IMG/VR virus record: IMGVR_UViG_3300024493_000235
Span: 204,443 to 268,442 of that record
Source of the DNA: a virus
Lineage: Duplodnaviria > Caudoviricetes
Length of the DNA: 64,000 nt
Direction: 5' to 3' (one strand)
Shown here: in pieces, positions 17,349-26,803 of the stretch
Layout of the letters: every line of letters begins with the position of its first letter
Numbering within the stretch: position 1 is the first letter of the stretch
Translations under genes and position numbers: made by a program
Notes under the pieces: model-generated
What the model was told of the DNA's origin: nothing
What the model saw: the letters and a program-made list of their open reading frames with translations, nothing else
The model's database searches: none

Positions 17349-18099
17349 ATCTATACCTTCCTTCACAGTAATAATCGACTAATTCTCTCATGTCGATAGG
17401 ATTTGGATATACATGAACCATGTGTCCGGATTTTTGTACCGGATCCCAAATGCATCGAAAGATGATATCTTCGATATTTTCGTTTACAAAATCCGATGTT
17501 GCATAAGGTAAATTTCGCCACAAAAGCTCTTCATATAAGCCTTTTATTATTGCGAAATGTGTAGCATGCTCATACATGTCTTTGTGATCTGAAAGTAGTT
17601 TATCAATCGGCGGAGATCCCGGTTGTGTATGTAGCTGTGTCCATGCGAGAACTACACATGTGTAAAAACAGAATGCGTAGTATATCGAATCATCATATTT
17701 TGTCTTTTCCAAATTCTCAATTAAGAGATTATGAAAATTGATGAGGCCCAATTTTGCCTTATTCAGATGCGGTACGGGAATGTTAAACAATACGTTATCT
17801 TCAATGATGCTATTCCACCAGTCACGTACTTCTATACTACGATGCCTATTAACTCCAGGTGGATAGAATTCGTTGAAGTTTATAAAAGGAGATCGTATTA
17901 CTGCACTTGAATACATTCCACATGTATCTTGAGTCCTATCTCCTCTTGAAAGAAAACCGGTACATACGACATCATGTAATGCATTACACACTATACCAGT
18001 ATATTCACATATAATATCGTTAGAATAGCCGTCAAATAAAAGATAATCTGAAAATTCTTCAATGTAAAGTGCATTGTGCACCAAACTGATGTCTATCAT
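17323..18099 (-). CDS. Hypothetical protein, paralog family A
   Basis: Clear paralog of 18113 (PVPHLNKAKLG vs PITHLNRAKFG; IWDP vs IWNP). Confidence 0.8.
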   Translation of the reverse strand: MIDISLVHNALYIEEFSDYLLFDGYSNDIICEYTGIVCNALHDVVCTGFLSRGDRTQDTCGMYSSAVIRSPFINFNEFYPPGVNRHRSIEVRDWWNSIIEDNVLFNIPVPHLNKAKLGLINFHNLLIENLEKTKYDDSIYYAFCFYTCVVLAWTQLHTQPGSPPIDKLLSDHKDMYEHATHFAIIKGLYEELLWRNLPYATSDFVNENIEDIIFRCIWDPVQKSGHMVHVYPNPIDMRELVDYYCEGRYRYGDVFHDQ

Positions 18100-18112
18100 G
18101 ATTTTTCCCTTT

Positions 18113-18907
18113 TTAGTCATAGAACAAGTCTCCATATACATCACAACCTTCCATGTAGTAGTTTATGATTTCACGTATATTGGCAGGTTCTGGATAAATG
18201 TGCTTCATATGGCCCTCTTCTCTTATAGGGTTCCATATTTTCCGAATAATTACTTCTTCGATGTGTTTGTCAACAAAGTCTTCCGATGCCCATGTCATTG
18301 AATGCGCTTTTAACTCTTCAAGTAAAGCTTTTACAATAGAGAAGTACATAGCGTCCATAAAGATAATTTTATAATCATGGGCGTACACAGCTTCTTGCTT
18401 TGTGTCTTTAACCCCATGCATACATGTCCAAGAAAATACAAGACCCATGTAGTACGTAAATGCATGATATATACTTTCATCACCGAATGACTCAGACAAC
18501 GGTTCAAACAGAGAATTTTCGAAAGTTATATTCCCAAATTTAGCTCTGTTTAGATGCGTTATCGGCGTTTGAAATATAACACTGTTTTCAAGATATGTCC
18601 ATGCATTTGATGCGTCCAACTGTGTGATAAAATCGTTACATTCTTTCATTCGAGTCGATTCAAAATACCAAGAGTAATACGGCGATTTTATAATTTGTCC
18701 TTGAAACGGATTTTGTATAGATGCTTTATTTGCACTGCGAGTTCTCAATCCTGAATATATGATATCGTAAATTGTATTACACATTATACGAGAATAATCG
18801 AAGATTGTATCGGATATCGATTCTTCGCAAAGTCTTGAGTCATGAAATTCCTCACAGTCTAAACTATCGTGAATTTTATCATGTACATCACTTGTTATGA
18901 AGGCCAT
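18113..18907 (-). CDS. Hypothetical protein, paralog family A
   Basis: Clear paralog of 17323. Confidence 0.8.
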   Translation of the reverse strand: MAFITSDVHDKIHDSLDCEEFHDSRLCEESISDTIFDYSRIMCNTIYDIIYSGLRTRSANKASIQNPFQGQIIKSPYYSWYFESTRMKECNDFITQLDASNAWTYLENSVIFQTPITHLNRAKFGNITFENSLFEPLSESFGDESIYHAFTYYMGLVFSWTCMHGVKDTKQEAVYAHDYKIIFMDAMYFSIVKALLEELKAHSMTWASEDFVDKHIEEVIIRKIWNPIREEGHMKHIYPEPANIREIINYYMEGCDVYGDLFYD

Positions 18908-19244
18908 GACGTTGATTCCTTTTTGATGTGCGAAAATGTTTACAAGATTGAATCCATTGTCCAATATCACGATGGTTATGCAATTTCAAAAGAATTGCGT
19001 TATCATTTGAAAGTATCTTTAATGTACAATCAATTTGCTCATTTATATTTCTTTTGAAATACTCAAGTGTTGTTACGGACAAAGATGGAATATTAAAAAG
19101 ATGAGTCTTTGTATATGAAAAGAACAAGAATTTTGTTTTAATAATAACTATATACGCATCTTTATTTTCTTGCTCTGAAGTTGCATGTTTAAATGAAAGT
19201 AATATTCCTTTAAGATGTAAGTATTTTACTTTTTCTTTTTTCAT
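18888..19244 (-). CDS. Hypothetical protein
   Basis: 118 aa, GAGG RBS. Confidence 0.55.
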   Translation of the reverse strand: MKKEKVKYLHLKGILLSFKHATSEQENKDAYIVIIKTKFLFFSYTKTHLFNIPSLSVTTLEYFKRNINEQIDCTLKILSNDNAILLKLHNHRDIGQWIQSCKHFRTSKRNQRHGLHNK

Positions 19245-19301
19245 AATATACCTCTGTATTGCAAAAAATACCTGCCACAGAATGTGGCAGGATATTGTGT
19301 A

Positions 19302-21329
19302 TCAGTCTTTTAGAAGAGCTCCGCCTACCTTAAACAGGCAATTAAGCATTTTCCTATTGATACTTTTTCTTTCAACTGGGGTGTATACAATGTTAAAAGG
19401 ATCATAGGCTTGTATAATTTGTGACACAAAAGCTTCTCTATTTTTAGCCGATGTAGAATAAGCGGATAAAAATAGTGCTACGCTTTCGGGATCACACATC
19501 ATACACAACACCATATTTTCTTGCTCTCCTGTTCGTATTGGTGTGTTGCTATACGGAATTCCGTACTTTTTATATTTGATGCTTTTGGACGGATGCCCCA
19601 AAGTACTTTGCATTCCAAGACCCCTAGCCGAGTATTTAGAACCCGGTGTTTGTTTAAGAAGCATAAGATACTTCTTTCCCATGGTAAGAGGCCTTATGAT
19701 ATCTTTTCCGCCGTATTTAAATCTGTACCTGGGGTACCTGTATTTTGCATATAATGCGCGTAGTTCATCAAAAGTACAGTTGTCCCAAAACGGAGGTTGA
19801 TGGATTTTTAATCCTTCTGTGAGAATTTCGTTGTACAATATTTGTTTATAATTTTCGTCACAGCTTTGATAGAATTGATTTAAATCCGCCGCTTGTTTGG
19901 GATTCACATCGTTAAGAAAATTTAAAAGGACAGGAAAGCCTACGGCATATGGAATATTGTGAGCTGCTAATTCTCGGCAGATATTATCGGCTATGAATGT
20001 TAAAGATGTTTCTGTCCATTGTCCAACATTTAATCTTCCAAATACACCTTGTCCCGATAAAACACAATCAGCATGTATGCCGTATTGGTTTTCGGGCATT
20101 TGAGCTTTTGGTGTGATTGTTCCTATAACGCCCTTCTCACCAAAACGTCCTGTGACTTTGTAGCCTTTGCCAGCATGTTTGATATCAAGAATCGTGAAAA
20201 TAACAGACATATTTTCGAACTTAGAAGTTCCATTTACAATTGTTTTTCCAGATACCAAATCTTCTGCTCTGTGATATATATGAAGAAGTCTGTCCGAAAC
20301 TTTTCCAGGATTGTGCAATATTAACTTCCCTAAAGTTTTCTTTAAGGTTGTATAGTATTCCTGCTGCTCATTATAATAATATAAGAGCTGTGCGTAAACA
20401 GGGTTTTTGTTTATCTCTTCGGGACTCCGATTACAGAATATATCAATGCCGATTACCTGTCCACTCGTGTAGAAGGCATCGTCCTCGTGATAGTGTACAT
20501 TACGGAGGTTCCCGTCTTTGAGATTAAACAATATCGATTTATTCGATATTCTTCTTTTAGCACATAAAACACGAAGTTTTATCTCTTCCCCTATATCAGG
20601 GAATGATTTGTATACGGTATCGTTACCATATAGATTCAGTAAAATCTCGTTGATGTTCAGCGTCATCTCGATGGAATGGATCATAGCGTACTCGAACTGC
20701 TTAGCGCATTCATCGCTCATCCACACCGAATCCTCGGTAACTTGAGGGCAACTGAGATATACCACATTAACGTTCCTCCCGTATCGCCAATTCATGGCAT
20801 CGTCGAATGCGGTGCTCTTATATAAAACCTCCCCTTGTCCGATTGTCGATCCCGGCACCTTGGAATCGATTACGGAGTTATTATTGAGATACCCGTACGA
20901 TTCTGTAAGGGTTTCTCCAAATGATCTTTTAACAATATCAATCATCCCATTTTGGTCTTCTAATATAAGATAATATTGAAGGTCTGGATGCGTTTTATAA
21001 CGTGAAATTTTATTAATGACTTTCCACATTCTATCTGATGTGTATTTGGAATTAGAAAAACGTGCTATTTCTTTTTCATACCCAGTGTACACTTGTGGCA
21101 CCTGGGGATTTAATAACATAAGTGCTTGTGGTAATTGTGATAAAAACATCTGTTCCCGGGGACTTGAAAGTAAATTAGCCAGTGTTAAGAGTGAACTTCC
21201 TAAAAATGTGTCTTTATGATCGAATGCTTGATTATAGCGTTCAAGCATTTGTTTTGATATGAGCGATTTAACGACTTTGATCTCTTGCGAACTTTGTTTT
21301 ACGACCGTTGTTTTAGATTTTTCCGACAA
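19302..21329 (-). CDS. rpoB: Phage RNA polymerase beta subunit, C-terminal half (probably non-virion RNAP)
   Basis: TEDS, GYKVTGRFGEKGV, GRLNVGQ and IRTGEQE match conserved RpoB C-terminal regions; downstream of a class I promoter. Confidence 0.9.
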   Translation of the reverse strand: MSEKSKTTVVKQSSQEIKVVKSLISKQMLERYNQAFDHKDTFLGSSLLTLANLLSSPREQMFLSQLPQALMLLNPQVPQVYTGYEKEIARFSNSKYTSDRMWKVINKISRYKTHPDLQYYLILEDQNGMIDIVKRSFGETLTESYGYLNNNSVIDSKVPGSTIGQGEVLYKSTAFDDAMNWRYGRNVNVVYLSCPQVTEDSVWMSDECAKQFEYAMIHSIEMTLNINEILLNLYGNDTVYKSFPDIGEEIKLRVLCAKRRISNKSILFNLKDGNLRNVHYHEDDAFYTSGQVIGIDIFCNRSPEEINKNPVYAQLLYYYNEQQEYYTTLKKTLGKLILHNPGKVSDRLLHIYHRAEDLVSGKTIVNGTSKFENMSVIFTILDIKHAGKGYKVTGRFGEKGVIGTITPKAQMPENQYGIHADCVLSGQGVFGRLNVGQWTETSLTFIADNICRELAAHNIPYAVGFPVLLNFLNDVNPKQAADLNQFYQSCDENYKQILYNEILTEGLKIHQPPFWDNCTFDELRALYAKYRYPRYRFKYGGKDIIRPLTMGKKYLMLLKQTPGSKYSARGLGMQSTLGHPSKSIKYKKYGIPYSNTPIRTGEQENMVLCMMCDPESVALFLSAYSTSAKNREAFVSQIIQAYDPFNIVYTPVERKSINRKMLNCLFKVGGALLKD

Positions 21330-21359
21330 AATTTACTCCTCCCTTCGTTTTGCTCATTT

Positions 21360-21485
21360 TTACTTAACACTCTCATACTTTTGAGACCTTTTATTTAAGT
21401 GCTCATGATGTCCAACCTCAAGCCCTTTAGATTTCTTATCTGCAGGTTTTTTAACCTTAGCAGGATCAACTTTTTTCTTTGCCAT
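21360..21485 (-). CDS. Small basic protein (41 aa), not in the ORF track
   Basis: MAKKKVDPAKVKKPADKKSKGLEVGHHEHLNKRSQKYESVK; AGGAG RBS; class I promoter at 21506-21515. Confidence 0.7.
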   Translation of the reverse strand: MAKKKVDPAKVKKPADKKSKGLEVGHHEHLNKRSQKYESVK

Positions 21486-21537
21486 TCTATATTTCTCCTG
21501 CTAAGATTATATATACTTTTTATGTATTTTGACAATT

Positions 21538-22839
21538 TCACATTGCACCCTTTACATACGATAATGGAACAGGACTTCCGTGTGTCCAGTTATTGGGATT
21601 TGGATCGGGATTATGCACACAAAAATCGTGAAATAAGCATTGCTGAATTGTGTATATAAGCGCTTTATTCAAAGGAGAGTTATACCCGTTTTCTTTAAAA
21701 TCTTTTAACAGTTCTTCGTATAACGTTTTTTTCGTAAACGTTTTATTTGGATAGACTTTAAAGTTCATCGAACGGGCTTGCATGTCAAGTCCGTAACCTC
21801 TTTGCAAAAGATATTCAAAGCTTGATAAACTGGATACATAACCATGCTTTTGGTCAAAAATCATTGGCACCGGAACTCCAGATAAGTTGCTTTTGTTTTT
21901 GCTCATTGTAAGTCTGTTTCTGGAACCGTGTATCATTGGGCCAAATTCGTTGTCATCCAATTTGGAAACAAAATCTGTTCTCGTGATGTTTGTGCACAAG
22001 TATAAAAATGTGTTTCCACCTGCTATGTGTTCGTCCTGTTTTAAATAAGGTAAAACTTTTGCAGGGCCTGCAAATGCATTCATTGCAATATTTTTTGTAA
22101 TGTGACCTATCGCAACAAAACGTATGTTATATCGATATAAAAGATCAAGGATTTTTAAGAGTAATTGTTTGTTTGAATTAGCTCCCTGCATTCCTTCGAC
22201 CTTTCGGTTGACTTCAACTTCTTTTACCTCGAAAGTATTTGTGTTTCTGGTTCCTGTTTTTATTTCTTCTGTATCACTTATGTCAGTAAGAGTTGATATA
22301 GAATCCAAAAGATATACATCAGGAGAATACACCTTTATGGGTTTTCCTTTAGTGTTTCTAAAACCGGTATCAATCATAAGTTGATCTTTCAAACTTTCTT
22401 TTGTTTGGCAGATTTGTCTTATATCGTTATATAAGCTATCGTGGTTTATATTAAAACGGGTATAACGAACTTGTTCCTGAAGCCTATCAGGAGATAATCC
22501 TGTTAAGCTCATCATACGTGCGACAGAAGTTGTTTTTTCTCCATCGACAAAGTATAGCATGGAATTTGGAAACTTCGATATAATATTTCCAGCCAGTTTA
22601 ATCATAAGACTTGTTTTTCCCGATTGGCTCTTTCCGATAATGCAATGAATACCGGGGGTAAGTCCTAAGTTAAGGTGTCTTTGTATCGAGTTGTTAGGAC
22701 CGAATATATCGGATTTTTCACAGTTCATATAATCATATAAAGAAACATCCGTTGCAGCCGAAAAAAGAGGAGCTTCGTTTTCTTCCAAGTCTCCAAAAAC
22801 GGTTCCATGTTTTCTAAGCGCATTCATCATTAAGCCCAT
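21538..22839 (-). CDS. uvsX: RecA/UvsX-like recombinase
   Basis: GKSQSGKT Walker A, FVDGEK, YLLDSIS Walker B, AGGNTF, SKNK. Confidence 0.85.
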   Translation of the reverse strand: MGLMMNALRKHGTVFGDLEENEAPLFSAATDVSLYDYMNCEKSDIFGPNNSIQRHLNLGLTPGIHCIIGKSQSGKTSLMIKLAGNIISKFPNSMLYFVDGEKTTSVARMMSLTGLSPDRLQEQVRYTRFNINHDSLYNDIRQICQTKESLKDQLMIDTGFRNTKGKPIKVYSPDVYLLDSISTLTDISDTEEIKTGTRNTNTFEVKEVEVNRKVEGMQGANSNKQLLLKILDLLYRYNIRFVAIGHITKNIAMNAFAGPAKVLPYLKQDEHIAGGNTFLYLCTNITRTDFVSKLDDNEFGPMIHGSRNRLTMSKNKSNLSGVPVPMIFDQKHGYVSSLSSFEYLLQRGYGLDMQARSMNFKVYPNKTFTKKTLYEELLKDFKENGYNSPLNKALIYTIQQCLFHDFCVHNPDPNPNNWTHGSPVPLSYVKGAM

Positions 22840-22936
22840 ATTTTCCTCCTATTGTAAAAATAAACAGCTTATTTTAGTGTTAGCTTAAAAATTTTGGAAA
22901 AAAATTCTGGAGGAAGACCCTCCAGAATTATATTTG

Positions 22937-23581
22937 TTATTGTGCGGTGTCAGATGCTACGTATGTTACGGGAGTTCCATCTGGAGATGAAAATTGTTTA
23001 GTGCTACTTGACATTCTAGCGAGCTTTCGAACGGCATCGAGCACTAAGCCGCTAGTTGGTCCTTCTTTTTCTATTTCTTCTCCGACATTTATAATTTGGT
23101 TGTTTAGAAGGCTTACGATTTGTCCTGTAATAGTGTGGATTAAAGTTATAATGCCAGGATCGTCTTTTTTGTTTTTGTCCTTGACATTAAAATAGAAAAA
23201 TATGGACTCCTCAAGATAATTAGGCAAGCCCTCAAATATCTGGATAAGAGTTGCTTGAATAAACTGATGGTAATTTTGATCATTTGGGGACAACATTTTT
23301 ATCTTGCCTTCAGCATTTGCTAATTGTGGAATGATGCTGTTAACATATCCTCTTTGAAAGTGAACAGTTGTAAGTCGTATAAGGAGTATCATGGCATCTT
23401 TATACGGAAGATATTTTGCTGGAAGTGGTGGAATTGATGCTTTCGGAGTTGTCAGATTCTTAACAAGTTCTTTGAAAAGTTTTTCTTGTCTCATCACACT
23501 TGAGAGAATTGCAAAAACAAGTATTCCAGTTACAATGGCTGAGAATATAAGTATGATGATTAAGAGTATACCGTTTGTCAT
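22937..23581 (-). CDS. Membrane-anchored hypothetical protein
   Basis: One N-terminal hydrophobic helix. Confidence 0.75.
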   Translation of the reverse strand: MTNGILLIIILIFSAIVTGILVFAILSSVMRQEKLFKELVKNLTTPKASIPPLPAKYLPYKDAMILLIRLTTVHFQRGYVNSIIPQLANAEGKIKMLSPNDQNYHQFIQATLIQIFEGLPNYLEESIFFYFNVKDKNKKDDPGIITLIHTITGQIVSLLNNQIINVGEEIEKEGPTSGLVLDAVRKLARMSSSTKQFSSPDGTPVTYVASDTAQ

Positions 23582-23591
23582 TGTTTCTCCT

Positions 23592-23750
23592 TTACATTTT
23601 TGTTGACAACAGCAAAAGAACTAAGAATACAGGAGTGGAACCTATGAAAATATTCCATACGCTATATCCTGTTATTAAGTCCGCAATCAGTATCGTAACA
23701 AAGAGCCCTCCTAATGCTAAGATACCGTTTACTATCTGGTTTTTGGTCAT
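23592..23750 (-). CDS. Small membrane protein (52 aa, two hydrophobic segments), not in the ORF track
   Basis: MTKNQIVNGILALGGLFVTILIADLITGYSVWNIFIGSTPVFLVLLLLSTKM; ATGA overlap with the upstream stop. Confidence 0.65.
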   Translation of the reverse strand: MTKNQIVNGILALGGLFVTILIADLITGYSVWNIFIGSTPVFLVLLLLSTKM

Positions 23751-24526
23751 GGATTCTCTTCAACAAGTTTTTGAGCAGCAATGAAGTCTTCTGAGGGCTC
23801 TAAATCCATTTCTTTCATATGAAACAACATTCCGAGTTTTCCAGTCTTCACACCTTCGTACACCTTACGGTCTGTTACATGGCCTGTAACAAGTTTAAGA
23901 GATATTTGCTCTATAAACTTGCGATACTGGACCGCATCTTTCTTTGCGCTCCTCGCATTCATTGCATACAGAGGGTAGTTAATTCTTGGGTCCCGTGTGA
24001 GATTCTTAAGACCTGCTAAAAGCTCACTTCTTATATGCATTCCAACACGCAAAGCAAACATGTCAGGTTCCTCGATATCTTGTTTTCCAACGAGGAATAT
24101 GAGGTTTTCCCACAACTCGTGATAATACGTTTCAATACCTTCGGTTTGTGCTTTGAATCTATCGGCCGTTGGTGCGTTTGCGTATTTTTTGTTTAAAGAT
24201 ATTGCACGCTTTTTCATGTATATCTTAGCACGACTTGTAATCCATTCAGAAAACAATTCGTACAAAGTATTACGAAGGACTATTTCTTTTGTATCATGAA
24301 TGATACTTTTAATAATTCCTTTCGGCTTTGTTGCGATATCGCTATATTTTTTAGCGTATAACTCAAGCTTTTCATTGACGATTCCAGAATAGAATTTGTC
24401 ACATCGCTGTAACACGTTAGCGAAATCCCCGATGGTGTCAACTTTCGCCATATCCATATTCAGTAGAAATCCATATGTTGCATCCAATGGTGTCACAAGC
24501 TTTTTAGCAAAAGATTCTTTTTGCAT
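23747..24526 (-). CDS. Hypothetical protein
   Basis: 259 aa, AAGGAG RBS. Confidence 0.75.
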   Translation of the reverse strand: MQKESFAKKLVTPLDATYGFLLNMDMAKVDTIGDFANVLQRCDKFYSGIVNEKLELYAKKYSDIATKPKGIIKSIIHDTKEIVLRNTLYELFSEWITSRAKIYMKKRAISLNKKYANAPTADRFKAQTEGIETYYHELWENLIFLVGKQDIEEPDMFALRVGMHIRSELLAGLKNLTRDPRINYPLYAMNARSAKKDAVQYRKFIEQISLKLVTGHVTDRKVYEGVKTGKLGMLFHMKEMDLEPSEDFIAAQKLVEENP

Positions 24527-24537
24527 TAATATCTCCT

Positions 24538-24744
24538 TTATTCTCCGGGTTTTAAGTGGCCGCGCAAATCTTCAAGAATAGCATCGAAATGAAAATCCCT
24601 GATGCATACGTTTTTAACCCCTTTTGTTTTTGCGAATTCAATCATATCGATGATTGTTTTTATGTTAACGGGTCCTCCATACGCAGTTACATTCTTGCAC
24701 GATCCGTCTGCTCCACCGTATTTTATTGTTATTTCTAAAGCCAT
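24538..24744 (-). CDS. Small protein, paralog family B
   Basis: PVNIKTIIDMIEFAK...VCI pattern. Confidence 0.75.
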   Translation of the reverse strand: MALEITIKYGGADGSCKNVTAYGGPVNIKTIIDMIEFAKTKGVKNVCIRDFHFDAILEDLRGHLKPGE

Positions 24745-24771
24745 GATTCGCTCCTTTGACGCAAAAATATT

Positions 24772-25473
24772 TTAGACTTTTAGAAAACTCTTTTGTCCAT
24801 ACATAATGAACGTAGTTTCCTTTTCTGGATAGAAATGTGGGCATTCAAAAATTTTCTTAAATCCGAATGCCTCGTGTGCTTGGTATACACATTCTGTTGA
24901 GGTGTGAAAGATATAAAAACCCTTCAAATTCTCTAAAAGTCTTTTTGTCATATTGCGATAAATACCAAATTTGTGGTATATAGGATAGATGGCTATAGAA
25001 ATACCTTCTGAGACTTTCTTATAGTCTTTTCCCATTAGAGACGCCTTTCCTATCTGGACAGACGCATCTTGATGGAAACGATACAACCTTCTCCATTGCA
25101 ATATCTCTCGTCCATCTTTTGAGAATGATAAAAGAAAGCAAGCTAGGAAATGTATCAATATCAGTATCGGATGACATTTTTTATGTTTGTTAGAAAGATA
25201 TGCCATCATGTATCCGATACATTCTCCGTTTTTATCTATTGCGAGATCAAGATAATTATAGTTCCACTTATTCTCGCTAGTTACTCCGGCTAAAATGCCG
25301 AGCCAATAGATAAACCGGGTTCTTCCAGGATGATCGTAATCCCAAACACTTGCGTTTATCTTACAAACGCTTTTTACAAACTTTAGGGGTAAATAAGATT
25401 TCCGAATCAACTTTACATCGGAAATGTCCCCCCCCCGATTACGCTGGGATATCAGCTCTTTACTTTCCGTCAT
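24772..25473 (-). CDS. GNAT-like acetyltransferase
   Basis: IAIYPIYHKFGI and YQAHEAFGFK resemble GNAT motifs A and B. Confidence 0.55.
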   Translation of the reverse strand: MTESKELISQRNRGGDISDVKLIRKSYLPLKFVKSVCKINASVWDYDHPGRTRFIYWLGILAGVTSENKWNYNYLDLAIDKNGECIGYMMAYLSNKHKKCHPILILIHFLACFLLSFSKDGREILQWRRLYRFHQDASVQIGKASLMGKDYKKVSEGISIAIYPIYHKFGIYRNMTKRLLENLKGFYIFHTSTECVYQAHEAFGFKKIFECPHFYPEKETTFIMYGQKSFLKV

Positions 25474-25682
25474 TATTGTTCCTCCGGTTTAAGGCGTGTT
25501 TGAAGATCTAAAAGAAGTTCTTCATAATTTTCTCTGTGTATTTGTATGTATTCAGCATCCTGTTCCTTTGCGAAAGTGAGCATGCTTTTTAATGTCGTTA
25601 CTGTCATAGGACTTCCATGCGCTAATATACGCAGCACCGATGTACTCTTATTCTTCAATTGTGCAAAAACTTTTACACTCAT
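25473..25682 (-). CDS. Small protein, paralog family B
   Basis: PMTVTTLKSMLTFAK...IQIH. Confidence 0.75.
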   Translation of the reverse strand: MSVKVFAQLKNKSTSVLRILAHGSPMTVTTLKSMLTFAKEQDAEYIQIHRENYEELLLDLQTRLKPEEQ

Positions 25683-25717
25683 AAATCCCTCCTTTTTATG
25701 ATTTTATGCAAGGCTAG

Positions 25718-25981
25718 TTATATAGCAGAATCTATCTTTGTAAATGTAGCAATAGCTTTCTCAACGTTAGCTTTGAGATTATCCACTGCCAAAAGATATT
25801 TCTGAATATTAACAAGTAACGATGTGTAGCTTTCACTATGGATGCAAATCCTATCAACTTTGTTTTCTTGGGCGTATTGTATCATTTCTACAAGTGTATG
25901 CAGTGTGATAGGTTCTTCCCCAACCGTTACGTTTTCGCAACATCCATCAACTAATGCCTGTACTGCGGTTATATCTGACAT
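25718..25981 (-). CDS. Small protein, paralog family B
   Basis: PITLHTLVEMIQYAQ...ICIH; AGGAGG RBS; class I promoter at 26001-26010. Confidence 0.75.
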   Translation of the reverse strand: MSDITAVQALVDGCCENVTVGEEPITLHTLVEMIQYAQENKVDRICIHSESYTSLLVNIQKYLLAVDNLKANVEKAIATFTKIDSAI

Positions 25982-26011
25982 GATTATTCCTCCTATGTCT
26001 ATTATATACAC

Positions 26012-26716
26012 CTAAATCCAAGTTTGATATTCATCTTTTGAAAAGTCGAGAATTTCTTTTGGATTTATAATATCCGTTGATTTAAATGCCGGACTTAATA
26101 GTAACTCCTTGTAGTTGTAAATGCGGTTCATAAGGTACGGAGAGCCTTTTATTTGCTCTTTATACTTTTCAATGAAAACAATTATATTTCCCCAACACTG
26201 TCTCATATCAAGATATAGTTTTCCTGCATGCACAAGAGCGTGATTATTCTTAGACAACATAACAACTTGCACATTGTTAAGAGAATGCTCTGTCATTACT
26301 TGATGTGCTATTAAAAAAGAATTTGTAAGCATACCTTGAGATAATTGCCAGTTCAGTATTATTTTTATATAATCTGTGATGCTAAAAATTGGACCATGAT
26401 GCATAACGAGTGTTGCATTATCTTGGGTTATGTTTCCGTTAAAGGCATCGAATTGCAATCCTATGACATTTCGAAGATAGTCGATGTATGCTTTATACCA
26501 TTGACTAGTCCTTATCATTTGTTTGACGCTGTTTATAATCGTGTCAACAATTCGGGTATCAAATAACATCTTAGGCTCGATATAGTAATGCAATGAACAT
26601 AGATCTCTTTTTGAGCTAAGTTTCAGATTACCCGATTTTGTTTTATCAAAGTGAACACCTGTTTTGGATATATCAGCATTCTGAATATATCCAGATTTTA
26701 CGTTTGTTTTTTCCAT
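26012..26716 (-). CDS. Hypothetical protein with an HNH-like His pattern
   Basis: VMHHGP...VMLSKNNHALVH. Confidence 0.6.
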   Translation of the reverse strand: MEKTNVKSGYIQNADISKTGVHFDKTKSGNLKLSSKRDLCSLHYYIEPKMLFDTRIVDTIINSVKQMIRTSQWYKAYIDYLRNVIGLQFDAFNGNITQDNATLVMHHGPIFSITDYIKIILNWQLSQGMLTNSFLIAHQVMTEHSLNNVQVVMLSKNNHALVHAGKLYLDMRQCWGNIIVFIEKYKEQIKGSPYLMNRIYNYKELLLSPAFKSTDIINPKEILDFSKDEYQTWI

Positions 26717-26803
26717 ATTATCTAAATTGTTACTTAAAAATTGTGGGTATAAATGCTATTAAAACATTTTTGTAATCTTTAAGTCTATTTGGAGGGAATT
26801 ATT

